From an uncultured Clostridium sp. (GTDB lineage: Bacteria; Bacillota; Clostridia; TANB77; CAG-508), in contig CAMMEP010000003.1 of the NCBI GenBank assembly GCA_946495905.1, forward strand, positions 1 through 34,671: a stretch of DNA of 34,671 bases. The letters are read 5' to 3'. The position numbers and the translations under genes are program-made. This document shows positions 18,523-28,303 of the stretch, piece after piece; positions within the stretch are counted from its first letter, which is position 1, and every line of letters starts with the position of its first letter. The notes below the pieces were generated by a model, which was not told the origin of the DNA, did no database searches, and saw only the letters and a program-made list of their open reading frames with translations.

Positions 18523-20747
18523 TAATTGCTATTCTTGTGCTTTTTTTCTTTAGTTTATAGTATTCTTCTATAACATCGTTCATTAAGTCTATGATTTCTT
18601 CTGAGAATTTACATTTTACTAAAATTCTCCATCGGTATTTATTTTTTATTTTGTCAATTGGTGCTGGAAGTGCTCTATATAGTATGATACCTATATTTTC
18701 TTTTATTACTCTATTTTTTAAATAGGCATGCATTTTTTCTGCCACTGAAATTACTTCTTTTTCATTTTCTGAAGTAAATCCAATTACTATTATATCGCAA
18801 AATGGTGGATATTTCAATTGTTTTCGTAAAGATATCTCGGTATGATAGAATAGACTATAATCTTGTTTTTTGGCACATTCAATACTAAAGTTGTCTGGAT
18901 TATAGGTCTGGATTATAACTCTTCCTTTGTCTTTTCCTCTTCCTGCTCTTCCTGCTACTTGTGTTAGTATTTGAAAAGTTCTTTCATTTGCTCTAAAGTC
19001 ATCTATATTTAAGCTTCCATCTGCTGCAATAACTCCAACCAGTGTTACATTGGGAAAATGGTGTCCCTTTACTACCATCTGTGTTCCAATTAAGATATCT
19101 ATATTGTCGTTTTTAAATGTTTCTAATATTTGTTCATGCGAGTTTTTCTTAGTTACTGTATCGATATCCATCCTTATGGTACTAGCTTCTGGGAATAGTT
19201 TATTAATTTCATATTCTAGTTTTTGTGTTCCTGTTCCAAAGTATCGTATTTGATTACTTCCACATTCTGGACATGTTGTTACTACTTTTTCTTCATATCC
19301 ACAATAATGGCATTTTAGTTTATTGGTATTAAAATGATACGTTAAGTTTATATTACAATTCTTACATTTTACAGTATAGCCACAATTTCTACACATCACA
19401 AAAGTTGAAAATCCTCTTCTGTTTAAGTATAAAATAGTTTGTTTTTTATCTTTCAAGTTTTTTTCTATTTCTTCATAAAGTCTAGTACTAATCATGGATT
19501 TATTTCCTTTTGCTAGTTCTTCTCTTAAGTCAATTATTTCGATGCTTGGCAATTCTGCTTCATTTGCTCTTTTAGTTAATTCTAAAAGCATTATTTCTTC
19601 TTTTTGTGCTTTATAATAGGTTTCTATGTCTGGTGTGGCACTCCCTAATACTAATGGTACATTAGCAGATTTACATCTGTATCTTGCTATTTCTTTTGCA
19701 TCATACCTTGGTGCCATTTCGGATTGATATGAACCATCGTGTTCTTCATCAATAATAACAATTCCTAAGTCTTGTACTGGTGCGAAAATAGCGGAACGTG
19801 CTCCGATAATTATTTTTGCTTTTCCCTCATTTATTTTATGCCATTGGTCATATCTTTCTCCTACCGATAATTTACTATGTAATACTGCAATTTGTTCTTT
19901 TCCAAACCTTGCAATAAATCGGTTTACCGTTTGTGGGGTTAGTGATATTTCTGGTACTAATAATATACTAGATTTGTGTTCTTTTAGTGTCTTTTCTATT
20001 AATTGTAAATACACTTCTGTCTTTCCGTGAACCGGTTACTCCAAATAATAAAAATTCTGAAAATAACATATCATCCATGGAATCGCAAATAGCATCAAAG
20101 GCTTTTTGTTGTTCATCAGTTAGTTGTAATTTTTCTGTTCTTTCTATCTCTTTATCTTCAAATGGGTCTCTTTCAATCTTTTTCTCTACTATTTCTAAAT
20201 ATCCATTTTTGCATAAGGTATTTACTACTGCTCTAGAACTATCTGCAAACATTTCAATATCAGATACTAAAGAATCACCATTTTGCATAATAAATCTTAG
20301 TGTTCTAATCTGCTTTTCTGATTTTAATTTTCCATTTTCAATGTCAAACTCAATTTCATCTTCGTCCTTTTTTAGAGTAATAAAATTCGCATTTTTTTCT
20401 TTCACTCTATTAGTATTTACTTTTGACGTAGTTCCTGGTGGCAACATAAGTTTTAGACAATCTGCAATATTACAAAAATACCTTCTTGCCATCCATTTTG
20501 CAAGTTCTATTCTACTTTCATCCAAATATTTTTCTTCTATTCTAGCTATTTCTTTTACTTCATATTCTGTACTTTCTTTTATATTTACAATAAAACCTTC
20601 TTCTAAAGATTTCATTCTTCCAAATGGTACTAATACTCTTGCTCCAATTAATTCGAGTTCTTTATTTTCATATTCTTCTGGTATTTTATAGTCAAATGTT
20701 TTATTTAGATTTTTTACATTACTTTGTATTATTACTTCTGCTATCAT
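18512..20747 (-). CDS. priA: Primosomal protein N' (PriA); one +1 frame break at 20027 inside Walker A
   Basis: N-part FDYKIP/VLVPFG and C-part VPEISLTPQ, DEEH, SATP, Zn-finger Cys pairs, QVAGRAGR. GGT TCA C GGA AAG ACA restores GVTGSGKT; 2236 nt = 745 codons + 1. Confidence 0.93.
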
Positions 20748-20910
20748 GCTTTCTCCTTTAATTTTTGCCTATAAGTATTTCGTTACTATTCATAGTTATT
20801 TGTCGTAGTAATGTATATTACTACGATATATTAAAACAAGTTGTGACTTATAACAATATTTCTCTTATTATATCTTAAAAATAAAAAAAAAGCTAGCTAT
20901 TTTACCATAG

Positions 20911-20942
20911 AAAAAAATCCAGAAACGAATCTGGATTTTTTT
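20911..20942. terminator. Bidirectional intrinsic terminator
   Basis: AAAAAAATCCAGA-AACGAA-TCTGGATTTTTTT. Confidence 0.75.
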
Positions 20943-20971
20943 CTGTGGTGGAGGGAGAGATGATTAAGATT

Positions 20972-21187
20972 CTAATCTATGTATATGTCAAATTTTGGTA
21001 TAACTTTCATGTCATACAAGTTTTTTTGACTTAAAAAATCCGATAAATTTTCGATTTCATAAATCTCTCTTCCTCCTGTGTAAAGTATCAACTTTACACC
21101 GTCATTCAGAAACTCCTTTGCTAACTCCATATCTTCTACCCGGTTATAGTAATCAAGGTCTTTTGGTTCAAGAGCAAGCATTCTCAT
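20972..21187 (-). CDS. Small hypothetical protein (ORFan)
   Basis: AGGAGGTG RBS; own promoter and terminator; 71 aa. Confidence 0.72.
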   Translation of the reverse strand: MRMLALEPKDLDYYNRVEDMELAKEFLNDGVKLILYTGGREIYEIENLSDFLSQKNLYDMKVIPKFDIYID

Positions 21188-21257
21188 TTCTGCACCTCCT
21201 TGGTTGTGTCCTTATTCAAGAACTTTTATGAAACATAAACTTATTGGTACAATATAT

Positions 21258-21286
21258 ATTATACCCTTTTATTTAATTTATGTCAA
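21258..21286 (-). promoter_or_regulatory. Consensus sigma70 promoter
   Basis: TTGACA-17 nt-TATAAT exact. Confidence 0.8.
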
Positions 21287-21413
21287 TACCTTATGTTTGA
21301 TTTTGCACTTGCTTTTTTTGTAAAATTATGTTAATATATATATGTAACTTGTTGTTTTATTATTATATAAAATCCCTTTAATAAGGGTAAAAAAGTTATA
21401 GGAGGCAAACATT

Positions 21414-21797
21414 ATGATGTCAACAGCAACAGCAGTAAAGGTAGCAGAAAACAATCTAGTAATCGGCGGAAAAAAGATCTTTGGTTATACGCCAATGATA
21501 CCGCAGCAGAAAAAGCTGGAAAAACTTTTGAAAAAAGGTAATTGTACCCCAAGCGATATCCGCAACGCATTGCGGATTAACATGGTAATTGTCATTAAAG
21601 ACAATTACATTGAGTTCTGGCGCATTGACGGCACAAACATGATTCGTTCAGATGCGGCAATGCCGAAGCTTGACGAGATTATGGCAATGGATATTTCTAG
21701 CGATGAAAAAGCTAGATATATTCAGGGTACAACGGGGCATTTAGCTCCAGTGTACATTGATCCTTTAGAATATACTATTCTATTTTCTAGATTTTAA
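21414..21797 (+). CDS. Hypothetical protein (ORFan)
   Basis: AGGAGG RBS; 127 aa; followed by hairpin GAGGCAA...TTGCCTC. Confidence 0.75.
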   Translation: MMSTATAVKVAENNLVIGGKKIFGYTPMIPQQKKLEKLLKKGNCTPSDIRNALRINMVIVIKDNYIEFWRIDGTNMIRSDAAMPKLDEIMAMDISSDEKARYIQGTTGHLAPVYIDPLEYTILFSRF

Positions 21798-21878
21798 TCT
21801 GCAACCAATTTAAGAGGCAAATCCAGTTTTGGAATTGCCTCTCCTTCTTTGTTATTACTCACAGTTGGTTTTAAAAAA

Positions 21879-22031
21879 TCGGAACAATGCCTTTTTTTAA
21901 TTTTATGTTGGAGTGCTTAAGGTGGGGACCGACAAGTTTACAAACTGTTAAACGATATGTAAATAGCGTTTATACAGTTTGTACGATGTTGGGGGCCGGA
22001 AACATAAAATTAAAAAAAGGCATTGTTCCGA
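21879..22031. other. Structured palindromic repeat element, copy 2
   Basis: 31-bp perfect inverted repeat 21879-21909/22001-22031 enclosing the same core as 16743-16920. Confidence 0.72.
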
Positions 22032-22086
22032 CAAAAAGTAACCGTGAATCGTACTCCTTCTTTATTGTATCGTAAAAATCTATTTT

Positions 22087-22662
22087 CTAAAATTCTGCTT
22101 CTTTTAGATTGTACTCATTTTTTATAATTTCCATAATGATATTTACTGTTTTTTCTAAGCTATTATTCTTTATTACATAATCATACATGCCTATTTTTGA
22201 TTCTTCATAATCAAATCTATTTAGACGCAATTGTATTTCTTTTAAGCTTGGCTTGTCTATTCTGTGTTCTAGTCTTTTTTGTAATTGTTCTTTTGGAACT
22301 CTTAAGAATATAGTTACTATTTTTACATCATCTTTTAGTATTTTTAGTAAATTTTCTACGCCATTTACTTCAATATCTTTTACAATTATTTTTCCATTTT
22401 CTATTTTTTCATTCATTAATTTTTTTGAGGTTCCATAATAATGCTCATGATGCACAGAATATTCATATAATTCGCCATCTTTTATCATTCTTTCAAATTC
22501 TTGTGTGTTTACAAAATTATATGTAACTCCTGGCACATCATTGGCTCTAGGAGCTCTATCTGTATAGGATGGTAAAGATTCTACATTTTCCATTTTTTCT
22601 ATTAATTGTTTTTTTATAGTATCTTTCCCTGCTCCTGATACTCCAGATAATAAAACTAACAT
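22087..22662 (-). CDS. gmk: Guanylate kinase
   Basis: LSGVSGAGKDT, YTDRAPR, YYGT, YDYVIKNN; overlaps the rpoZ stop. Confidence 0.92.
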   Translation of the reverse strand: MLVLLSGVSGAGKDTIKKQLIEKMENVESLPSYTDRAPRANDVPGVTYNFVNTQEFERMIKDGELYEYSVHHEHYYGTSKKLMNEKIENGKIIVKDIEVNGVENLLKILKDDVKIVTIFLRVPKEQLQKRLEHRIDKPSLKEIQLRLNRFDYEESKIGMYDYVIKNNSLEKTVNIIMEIIKNEYNLKEAEF

Positions 22663-22844
22663 ACCTTCACCTTACCTTCTGCTATTTCATTTGCAGCGAT
22701 AGTAACTGGTGATTCTTCATCTACATCTGTTAATTTTTCTGCTCCGTCTGCAATTTGTCTAGCTCTTTTTGCTGTAACAACTACTAATTCAAATCTGTTA
22801 TCTACTTTTGTTAATAATTCCTTTACGGTTGGTTTTACCATCAT
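22656..22844 (-). CDS. rpoZ: RNA polymerase omega subunit
   Basis: NRFELVVVTAKRARQI, PVTIAANEIAEG. Confidence 0.95.
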   Translation of the reverse strand: MMVKPTVKELLTKVDNRFELVVVTAKRARQIADGAEKLTDVDEESPVTIAANEIAEGKVKVC

Positions 22845-22881
22845 TTTTAAATTCCCCCTTGAAAAATTTTATTTTATATTT

Positions 22882-23145
22882 TTAGTTATCCTCTTCAGAA
22901 GTTATTTCTTCTTCTTTTCCTAACCTTCCCGCTACTGTTTCTGGTTGGATGGACGAAAGCACTACATGTCCTGAGTCCATAATAATAACCGCTCTTGTTT
23001 TTCTTCCATAAGTAGCATCTATGGCTGTTCCTTCGTCTTTTGCCTCCTGCACAATTCTTTTAATTGGTGCAGATTCTGGGCTTACAATAGCTATAATTCT
23101 ATTTGCTGAAACAATATTTCCAAATCCTATATTTATTAATTGCAT
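22882..23145 (-). CDS. remA: RemA/DUF370 regulator
   Basis: [42 protein letters not shown]; alternative start 23157. Confidence 0.92.
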   Translation of the reverse strand: MQLINIGFGNIVSANRIIAIVSPESAPIKRIVQEAKDEGTAIDATYGRKTRAVIIMDSGHVVLSSIQPETVAGRLGKEEEITSEEDN

Positions 23146-23218
23146 AATTAATCTCATTCCTTCCTTAAGGCATACGTTTAAGTAAAATTATTTTACTTTA
23201 CCTCTAATTATTAATTTT

Positions 23219-24265
23219 CTATTCTTCTGTATCCATTATTTCTTTCATGTTTTCTACAAAGTATTTCTTTTTGCCTCTATGATATACAATAATAGATTTT
23301 ATAACATAATAGATAGCTGTTATATACAAAAGTATTAGAATAATATTTACATAATTAGAAGAAAACATTAAATTTACATATATTAATCCCAACGTTATTA
23401 TTGCTATTGCTATTGTTTCTATTCCAAATATTGCTATTTTTCCACTATCTTCTTTATATGCTTTTTCTAATAGCATAATTGCTACAAATAAGACACATAT
23501 TGAAAATACTTTTAAGTCGGTTTGATAAACACTATTTTCTATATTATAGAAGCCTAAAATTAAGAATACATAGTATACAATTAAAATAATGGCAACGATA
23601 ATATTTTGAAAAATAGGTTTATTTATTTCTTTTAACTCTTCTTTTGGTATTTTCTTTTTCTTTTTGAATATATTTTTTATTTCTTCCCATTTTACTAATT
23701 TTACATTTTCTTTTTCTGAAGTAGTTGCTGCAACTTCTTCCTCTTCTTTTATCTCTTCTTTTTTGCTAGCTTCTTTCTTCTTGCTATCTGTCTTTTCTAC
23801 TTCTTTTTTACCATTAGCTGTCTTATTTGTACTTGTTTTTTTCTTTCCTTGTGCTTTCTTTTCTTCTTTATTTTCTTTTGTGCTTGTACTCTTCTTGTTT
23901 TTTGCGTCATTTGCTACACTCTTTTTGTTCTTTGTATTTGTTACTTTTTCTTTCTTTACTTCTTCTTTTGAATTAGTAGTAGCATTTGTCTTCTTTGAGC
24001 TATCACTCTCTTTTTTCTTCTTTTCTGCACTAGTAGCTGAAGATTTATCTTTCTCTGTTTTATTTGTTTTAGCTTTACTGCTTGCTTTTTTTGTTTGATT
24101 ATCATCCTTTTCTTCAGCAACAGCTTTTTTTGTGCTTTTCGTATTTGTTGCCTTTTTACTAGTATTTTTCTTTTTTGGACTATTTGTTTTATTTTCTTGT
24201 TTTTCTGTTATGTCTTCAATTTTGTCTTGTTCTTGCTTTTTTTCCATTTCGGTTTTTTTAGGCAT
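23219..24265 (-). CDS. Hypothetical membrane protein: Lys/Glu/Thr-rich disordered N-terminus, 4 C-terminal TM helices
   Basis: Long ORF with GGGGAG RBS; composition and hydrophobicity pattern. Confidence 0.8.
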   Translation of the reverse strand: MPKKTEMEKKQEQDKIEDITEKQENKTNSPKKKNTSKKATNTKSTKKAVAEEKDDNQTKKASSKAKTNKTEKDKSSATSAEKKKKESDSSKKTNATTNSKEEVKKEKVTNTKNKKSVANDAKNKKSTSTKENKEEKKAQGKKKTSTNKTANGKKEVEKTDSKKKEASKKEEIKEEEEVAATTSEKENVKLVKWEEIKNIFKKKKKIPKEELKEINKPIFQNIIVAIILIVYYVFLILGFYNIENSVYQTDLKVFSICVLFVAIMLLEKAYKEDSGKIAIFGIETIAIAIITLGLIYVNLMFSSNYVNIILILLYITAIYYVIKSIIVYHRGKKKYFVENMKEIMDTEE

Positions 24266-24290
24266 TTTTACTCCCCCATCTTATTTTTTA

Positions 24291-25034
24291 TTATAATTCA
24301 AATTCGTAAATAATATCACTTAGCATTACTAAAGACGCTGTTTCCGTTCTTAAAATTCTTTTTCCCAAAGTTACGCTTTTAGCCCCAGCTTCTATTAGTA
24401 TTTCTACTTCTTTTTCACTTAGCCCACCTTCTGGACCTATTATAATTCCTATTTTTAACTGCTTTTCTTTATTTAAACTTTTTAATGTTTCTTTTAACGT
24501 AGTTTTCTCTTCATTTTCATACGCTAATACTATGATATCATACTTTGGTACTTCATTGCAAATATTTTTGATATTTATTACATTTTTTATTGTAGGAACG
24601 CTATCTCTCTTACTTTGTTTTGCTGCTACTTCTGCTATTTTTTGCCATCTTTCTATTTTTTTACTTTCTGATTTAGCATCTAATTTCACAATACATCTTT
24701 CCATAGCAACGGGAAAGATATTTTTAACACCAAGCTCTGTTGCCTTTTGAATAATGTATTCCATTTTATCTGCTTTTGGAAGCCCTTGAAATAAATCTAC
24801 ATTTACATTACTTTCTGTTGTTTCAGAAATATTTTCTAAAATTTCACATTTTATATATTCTTTCTGTATTTCGACTATTTGCGAAATATAGCTTTTTTCT
24901 GTATTTTTATTACATAAAATTATTTGTTCTAGTGGTTTTAATCTTAAAACATTTGCTATATGATTTACATCTTCTCCTAGTATGGTTGCATTATTTTCTT
25001 TGAACTGTTCTTGTGGAATAAAGAATTTATACAT
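24291..25034 (-). CDS. rsmE: 16S rRNA m3U1498 methyltransferase
   Basis: HIANVLRL, QKATELGV, AAKQSKR, IGPEGGLS, LGKRILRTETA; ATG 25034 after GGAGG. Confidence 0.96.
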   Translation of the reverse strand: MYKFFIPQEQFKENNATILGEDVNHIANVLRLKPLEQIILCNKNTEKSYISQIVEIQKEYIKCEILENISETTESNVNVDLFQGLPKADKMEYIIQKATELGVKNIFPVAMERCIVKLDAKSESKKIERWQKIAEVAAKQSKRDSVPTIKNVINIKNICNEVPKYDIIVLAYENEEKTTLKETLKSLNKEKQLKIGIIIGPEGGLSEKEVEILIEAGAKSVTLGKRILRTETASLVMLSDIIYEFEL

Positions 25035-25192
25035 GTTTTCCTCCCATTTGTTTTTGATTATTAATAGCACTATTATACCATAATTTTCTATTTTTTAACA
25101 GATTATTTAAATTCTATTTTCTACTTCATATTAACATTTTTTCAAACTTCATAATAAAATATATAAATTTAAATAATAAAGGATGGTGTTTC

Positions 25193-26326
25193 ATGAAAAA
25201 AATTAGATTAGCTATTGTTGGTGCTACTGGATTAGTTGGAAGAACTGTTTTAAAAATATTAGAAGAAAAGAAGCTCCCTATTTCTGAATATGTACTTTTC
25301 GCCTCTCCAAAATCTGCCGGCAAAAAAATAAGGTTTATGGATAGAGACTACATTGTGCAAAGATTAAATGAACTTTCTTTTGATAGCGGTTTCGATTATG
25401 CTATTTTTTCTGCTGGAGGTTCTACCTCTAAGAAATATGCACCAATTGCAGCTTCTAAAGGATGTGTTGTAGTAGATAATAGTAGTGCTTTTCGTATGGA
25501 TAAAGATGTCCCATTAGTTGTTCCAGAGGTAAATCCAGAAGAGATTTCAAATCATCATGGGATAATTGCCAATCCAAACTGCTCTACTATTCAAGCAGTT
25601 GTAGCTTTAAAGCCATTGGACGATAAGTATAAAATAAAAAGAATTGTATATTCGACTTATCAAGCTGTTTCTGGGGCTGGAAGATATGGAGTAGAAGATT
25701 TACAAAACGGTATTAAGGATTATATATCTGGCAAAACCTATTTTCAAGGCGAAAATGCAGATAATATTGAAACAAATATTAGCTCCACTTATGAATTAAA
25801 AAAATTTAATTACCCAATCTTTTCTAATTGTTTACCACATATTGATGTGTTCTTAGAAAATGGGTATACCAAAGAAGAAGAAAAAATGATAAATGAAACA
25901 AGAAAAATATTAAAAAGACCAGATTTAAAAATAACAGCAACTACTGTAAGGGTGCCTGTTTTTAATAGTCATAGTGAATCTATTAATGTGGAATTTGAAA
26001 AGGAGTTTAAATTAGAGGATTTAGTAAAAACTTTAACTGATTTTCCTGGAGTAATTGTACAGGATAATATTGTGACACAATTAATAAAGGGTTCCCGTGA
26101 TAATTCACAGGATAAAAATTCAAAACTTAATTTAGATTTTGATAATCCTGTTTATCCTTTAGCGGCAAATGCTTCTGGTCATGATGAGGTATTTGTTGGA
26201 AGAATACGTAGAGATGAAAGTGTAGAATCTGGCGTTAACCTTTGGGTTGTAGCAGATAATATTAGAAAAGGTGCTGCAAGTAATGCTGTACAAATTGTAG
26301 AAAAGCTGATGGAAAATATAGAATGA
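25193..26326 (+). CDS. asd: Aspartate-semialdehyde dehydrogenase
   Basis: VGATGLVG, VDNSSAFR, ANPNCSTIQ, STYQAVSGAG, VADNIRKGAASNAVQI. Confidence 0.97.
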   Translation: MKKIRLAIVGATGLVGRTVLKILEEKKLPISEYVLFASPKSAGKKIRFMDRDYIVQRLNELSFDSGFDYAIFSAGGSTSKKYAPIAASKGCVVVDNSSAFRMDKDVPLVVPEVNPEEISNHHGIIANPNCSTIQAVVALKPLDDKYKIKRIVYSTYQAVSGAGRYGVEDLQNGIKDYISGKTYFQGENADNIETNISSTYELKKFNYPIFSNCLPHIDVFLENGYTKEEEKMINETRKILKRPDLKITATTVRVPVFNSHSESINVEFEKEFKLEDLVKTLTDFPGVIVQDNIVTQLIKGSRDNSQDKNSKLNLDFDNPVYPLAANASGHDEVFVGRIRRDESVESGVNLWVVADNIRKGAASNAVQIVEKLMENIE

Positions 26327-26360
26327 ATGTTCCCATAAATTGCTTCGATATTTAAAAAAA

Positions 26361-26400
26361 TAGTAAGCGGGTATGCGTACTATCTTGCTAACCGCTTACT
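26361..26400. terminator. Hairpin between convergent asd and sufB-like genes
   Basis: AGTAAGCGG...CCGCTTACT. Confidence 0.55.
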
Positions 26401-26436
26401 TAGATTTATTATATATAATTATAAATAATGCCACAA

Positions 26437-27354
26437 CTATTTCAAAAATCCATTAATAATCTGCTCTTCTGCTTCTTTTTCCGTTAATCCTAAGGTCATT
26501 AATTTTATTAATTGTTCTCCTGCAATCTTTCCGATTGCCGCTTCGTGAATTAAACTTGCATCCACATTATTTGCTTCTATTTTTGGATCTGAAATTACTT
26601 TAGCATTTCCCATAATAATAGCATCACATTCTACATGACCAAAACATTTTGTATTTCCTTTTACATTCGAAATGAATTCTTGTACAGAATCATCTTCTGC
26701 TACTGACCTAGACGCTACATGTACACTAGAATCTTCTCCGTCCAAGTTTACATCAAATACCGTTTTTGCTGTTTGTTTTCCTGTTGTCATAATTCTTTCT
26801 GAAATTACTAAACTACTTCCTTTTTTCATATTTGCATAGGTTTCTCTTACGGTAGAAGTAACTCCTTTTATTTGTACAGATTCCATCTCCATAGAAGCAT
26901 TTTCGTCTAAGTTTATAATTGTTTGTGGATTTAGAATTCTATCTCCTGTACCTTCTCCTTCTCCATAATGTTTCTCAATATATTTTATTTTTGCTCCTTT
27001 GGCTAAATGGAATGTATGAATTCCATCATGCTGTGCAGTATCACAAGTACTATTGTGAATTCCACAACCTGCTACAATTACTACATCTGCATTTTCTCCT
27101 ATATAGAAATCATTATATACTAAATCATTAAGTCCACCTTGTGTTAAAATAACTGGAATATGTACACTTTCGTTTTTGGTATTTGGCTTAATGATAATAT
27201 CAATTCCAGGTTTGTCTGTTTTTGTTATAATATCAATATTAGCTGTTGTATTTCTTGCTGCTAACTTTCCATTTTCTCTAATATTATACGCACCCATTGG
27301 TGTTTTTTCTATATCAGCAATTTGTTTTAATAAATCTTTTTCTATTTTATCCAT
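26437..27354 (-). CDS. SufB/SufD-family Fe-S assembly protein (minimal SufBC/Sms-like)
   Basis: GHVECDAII, LIHEAAIGKIAGEQLIKLMTLGL; ATG overlaps the sufC stop (TAATG), GGAGG RBS. Confidence 0.88.
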   Translation of the reverse strand: MDKIEKDLLKQIADIEKTPMGAYNIRENGKLAARNTTANIDIITKTDKPGIDIIIKPNTKNESVHIPVILTQGGLNDLVYNDFYIGENADVVIVAGCGIHNSTCDTAQHDGIHTFHLAKGAKIKYIEKHYGEGEGTGDRILNPQTIINLDENASMEMESVQIKGVTSTVRETYANMKKGSSLVISERIMTTGKQTAKTVFDVNLDGEDSSVHVASRSVAEDDSVQEFISNVKGNTKCFGHVECDAIIMGNAKVISDPKIEANNVDASLIHEAAIGKIAGEQLIKLMTLGLTEKEAEEQIINGFLK

Positions 27355-28091
27355 TATACTGTCCCTCCTTCGTTGCATTTCTCATTATCTGTTAACTTAT
27401 GGCATGGCTTTATCTTACCAAAAATTTGTGGTAATACATCTTCTTTTGCTCCATGCTTTTCTATTTTTCCGTTTTTGATTAAGACAATTTCATCGGCTAT
27501 ATTTAGTATTCTTTCTTGGTGTGAAATAATAAGAATAGAACCTTTTATATCGTCATGCATTTTTTCAAATACAGATATTAAATTATTAAAACTCCACAAA
27601 TCTATTCCTGCTTCTGGTTCATCAAAAATGGTAAGTTTAGACTGTTTTGCTGCAAGCATTGCTATTTCTATTCTTTTTAGTTCTCCTCCAGAAAGTCCAC
27701 TATTTATTTCTCTATTTAAATATTCTTGTGCACATAAGCCAACATCTGATAAAACATCGCAGGCATCACACACCTTTATACTATTTCCTGCAGATATTTC
27801 AATTAAATCTTTTACGGTTAATCCTTTAAATCGCACTGGTTGTTGGAAAGCAAAACCAATACCTGCTTTTGCTCTTTCTGTAATTGATAAGTTTGTAATA
27901 TCTTTACCATCAAAAATTATTTTACCGGAATCTGGTTTTTCAATTCCCATAATAATTTTTGCTAGTGTTGATTTTCCAGAACCGTTTGGTCCTGTAATAA
28001 CAATCATTTTATTGTTATCTATTTTTAAATTTACGTTTTTTAAGATTGATTTATTATCTCTTGAAAAACAAATATCCTTTAATTCTAACAT
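27354..28091 (-). CDS. sufC: SufC-like ABC ATPase
   Basis: GPNGSGKST, AFQQP, LSGGELKRIE, FDEPEAGID; coupled to the SufB-like gene. Confidence 0.85.
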   Translation of the reverse strand: MLELKDICFSRDNKSILKNVNLKIDNNKMIVITGPNGSGKSTLAKIIMGIEKPDSGKIIFDGKDITNLSITERAKAGIGFAFQQPVRFKGLTVKDLIEISAGNSIKVCDACDVLSDVGLCAQEYLNREINSGLSGGELKRIEIAMLAAKQSKLTIFDEPEAGIDLWSFNNLISVFEKMHDDIKGSILIISHQERILNIADEIVLIKNGKIEKHGAKEDVLPQIFGKIKPCHKLTDNEKCNEGGTV

Positions 28092-28257
28092 GATACCTCC
28101 TATTTTGCTATTTTATTATAGTTTTTGTATTATCTATTTTGTACCTTTGGAGTTATTTATTTTTTTGATTTTTCGGATTGTTTTATTTGGATTGTAAACA
28201 TTGGCTTTAAGCCATACCTATTTTATCATTTTTTTTCTTATTTTACAATATGCTCTG

Positions 28258-28292
28258 AAAAAATAGCTCTAGCAAACGCTAAAGCTATTTTT
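28258..28292 (-). terminator. Intrinsic terminator of ORFan 28304-28765
   Basis: AAAAATAGCTCTAGC-AAAC-GCTAAAGCTATTTTT. Confidence 0.65.
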
Positions 28293-28303
28293 CTTGCCAT
28301 CAA

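Noticed and set aside
20945-20962. Minus-strand TCTCTCCCTCCACCA resembling a tRNA/tmRNA 3' end (att remnant)
   Set aside because: Too short; no T-arm, cloverleaf or integrase nearby
27373-28197. 274-aa plus-strand ORF and other antisense ORFs (e.g. 4224-4820, 19987-20691, 23664-24098)
   Set aside because: Shadows of well-supported genes on the opposite strand; Phe/Ser/Leu-rich, with no RBS or motifs
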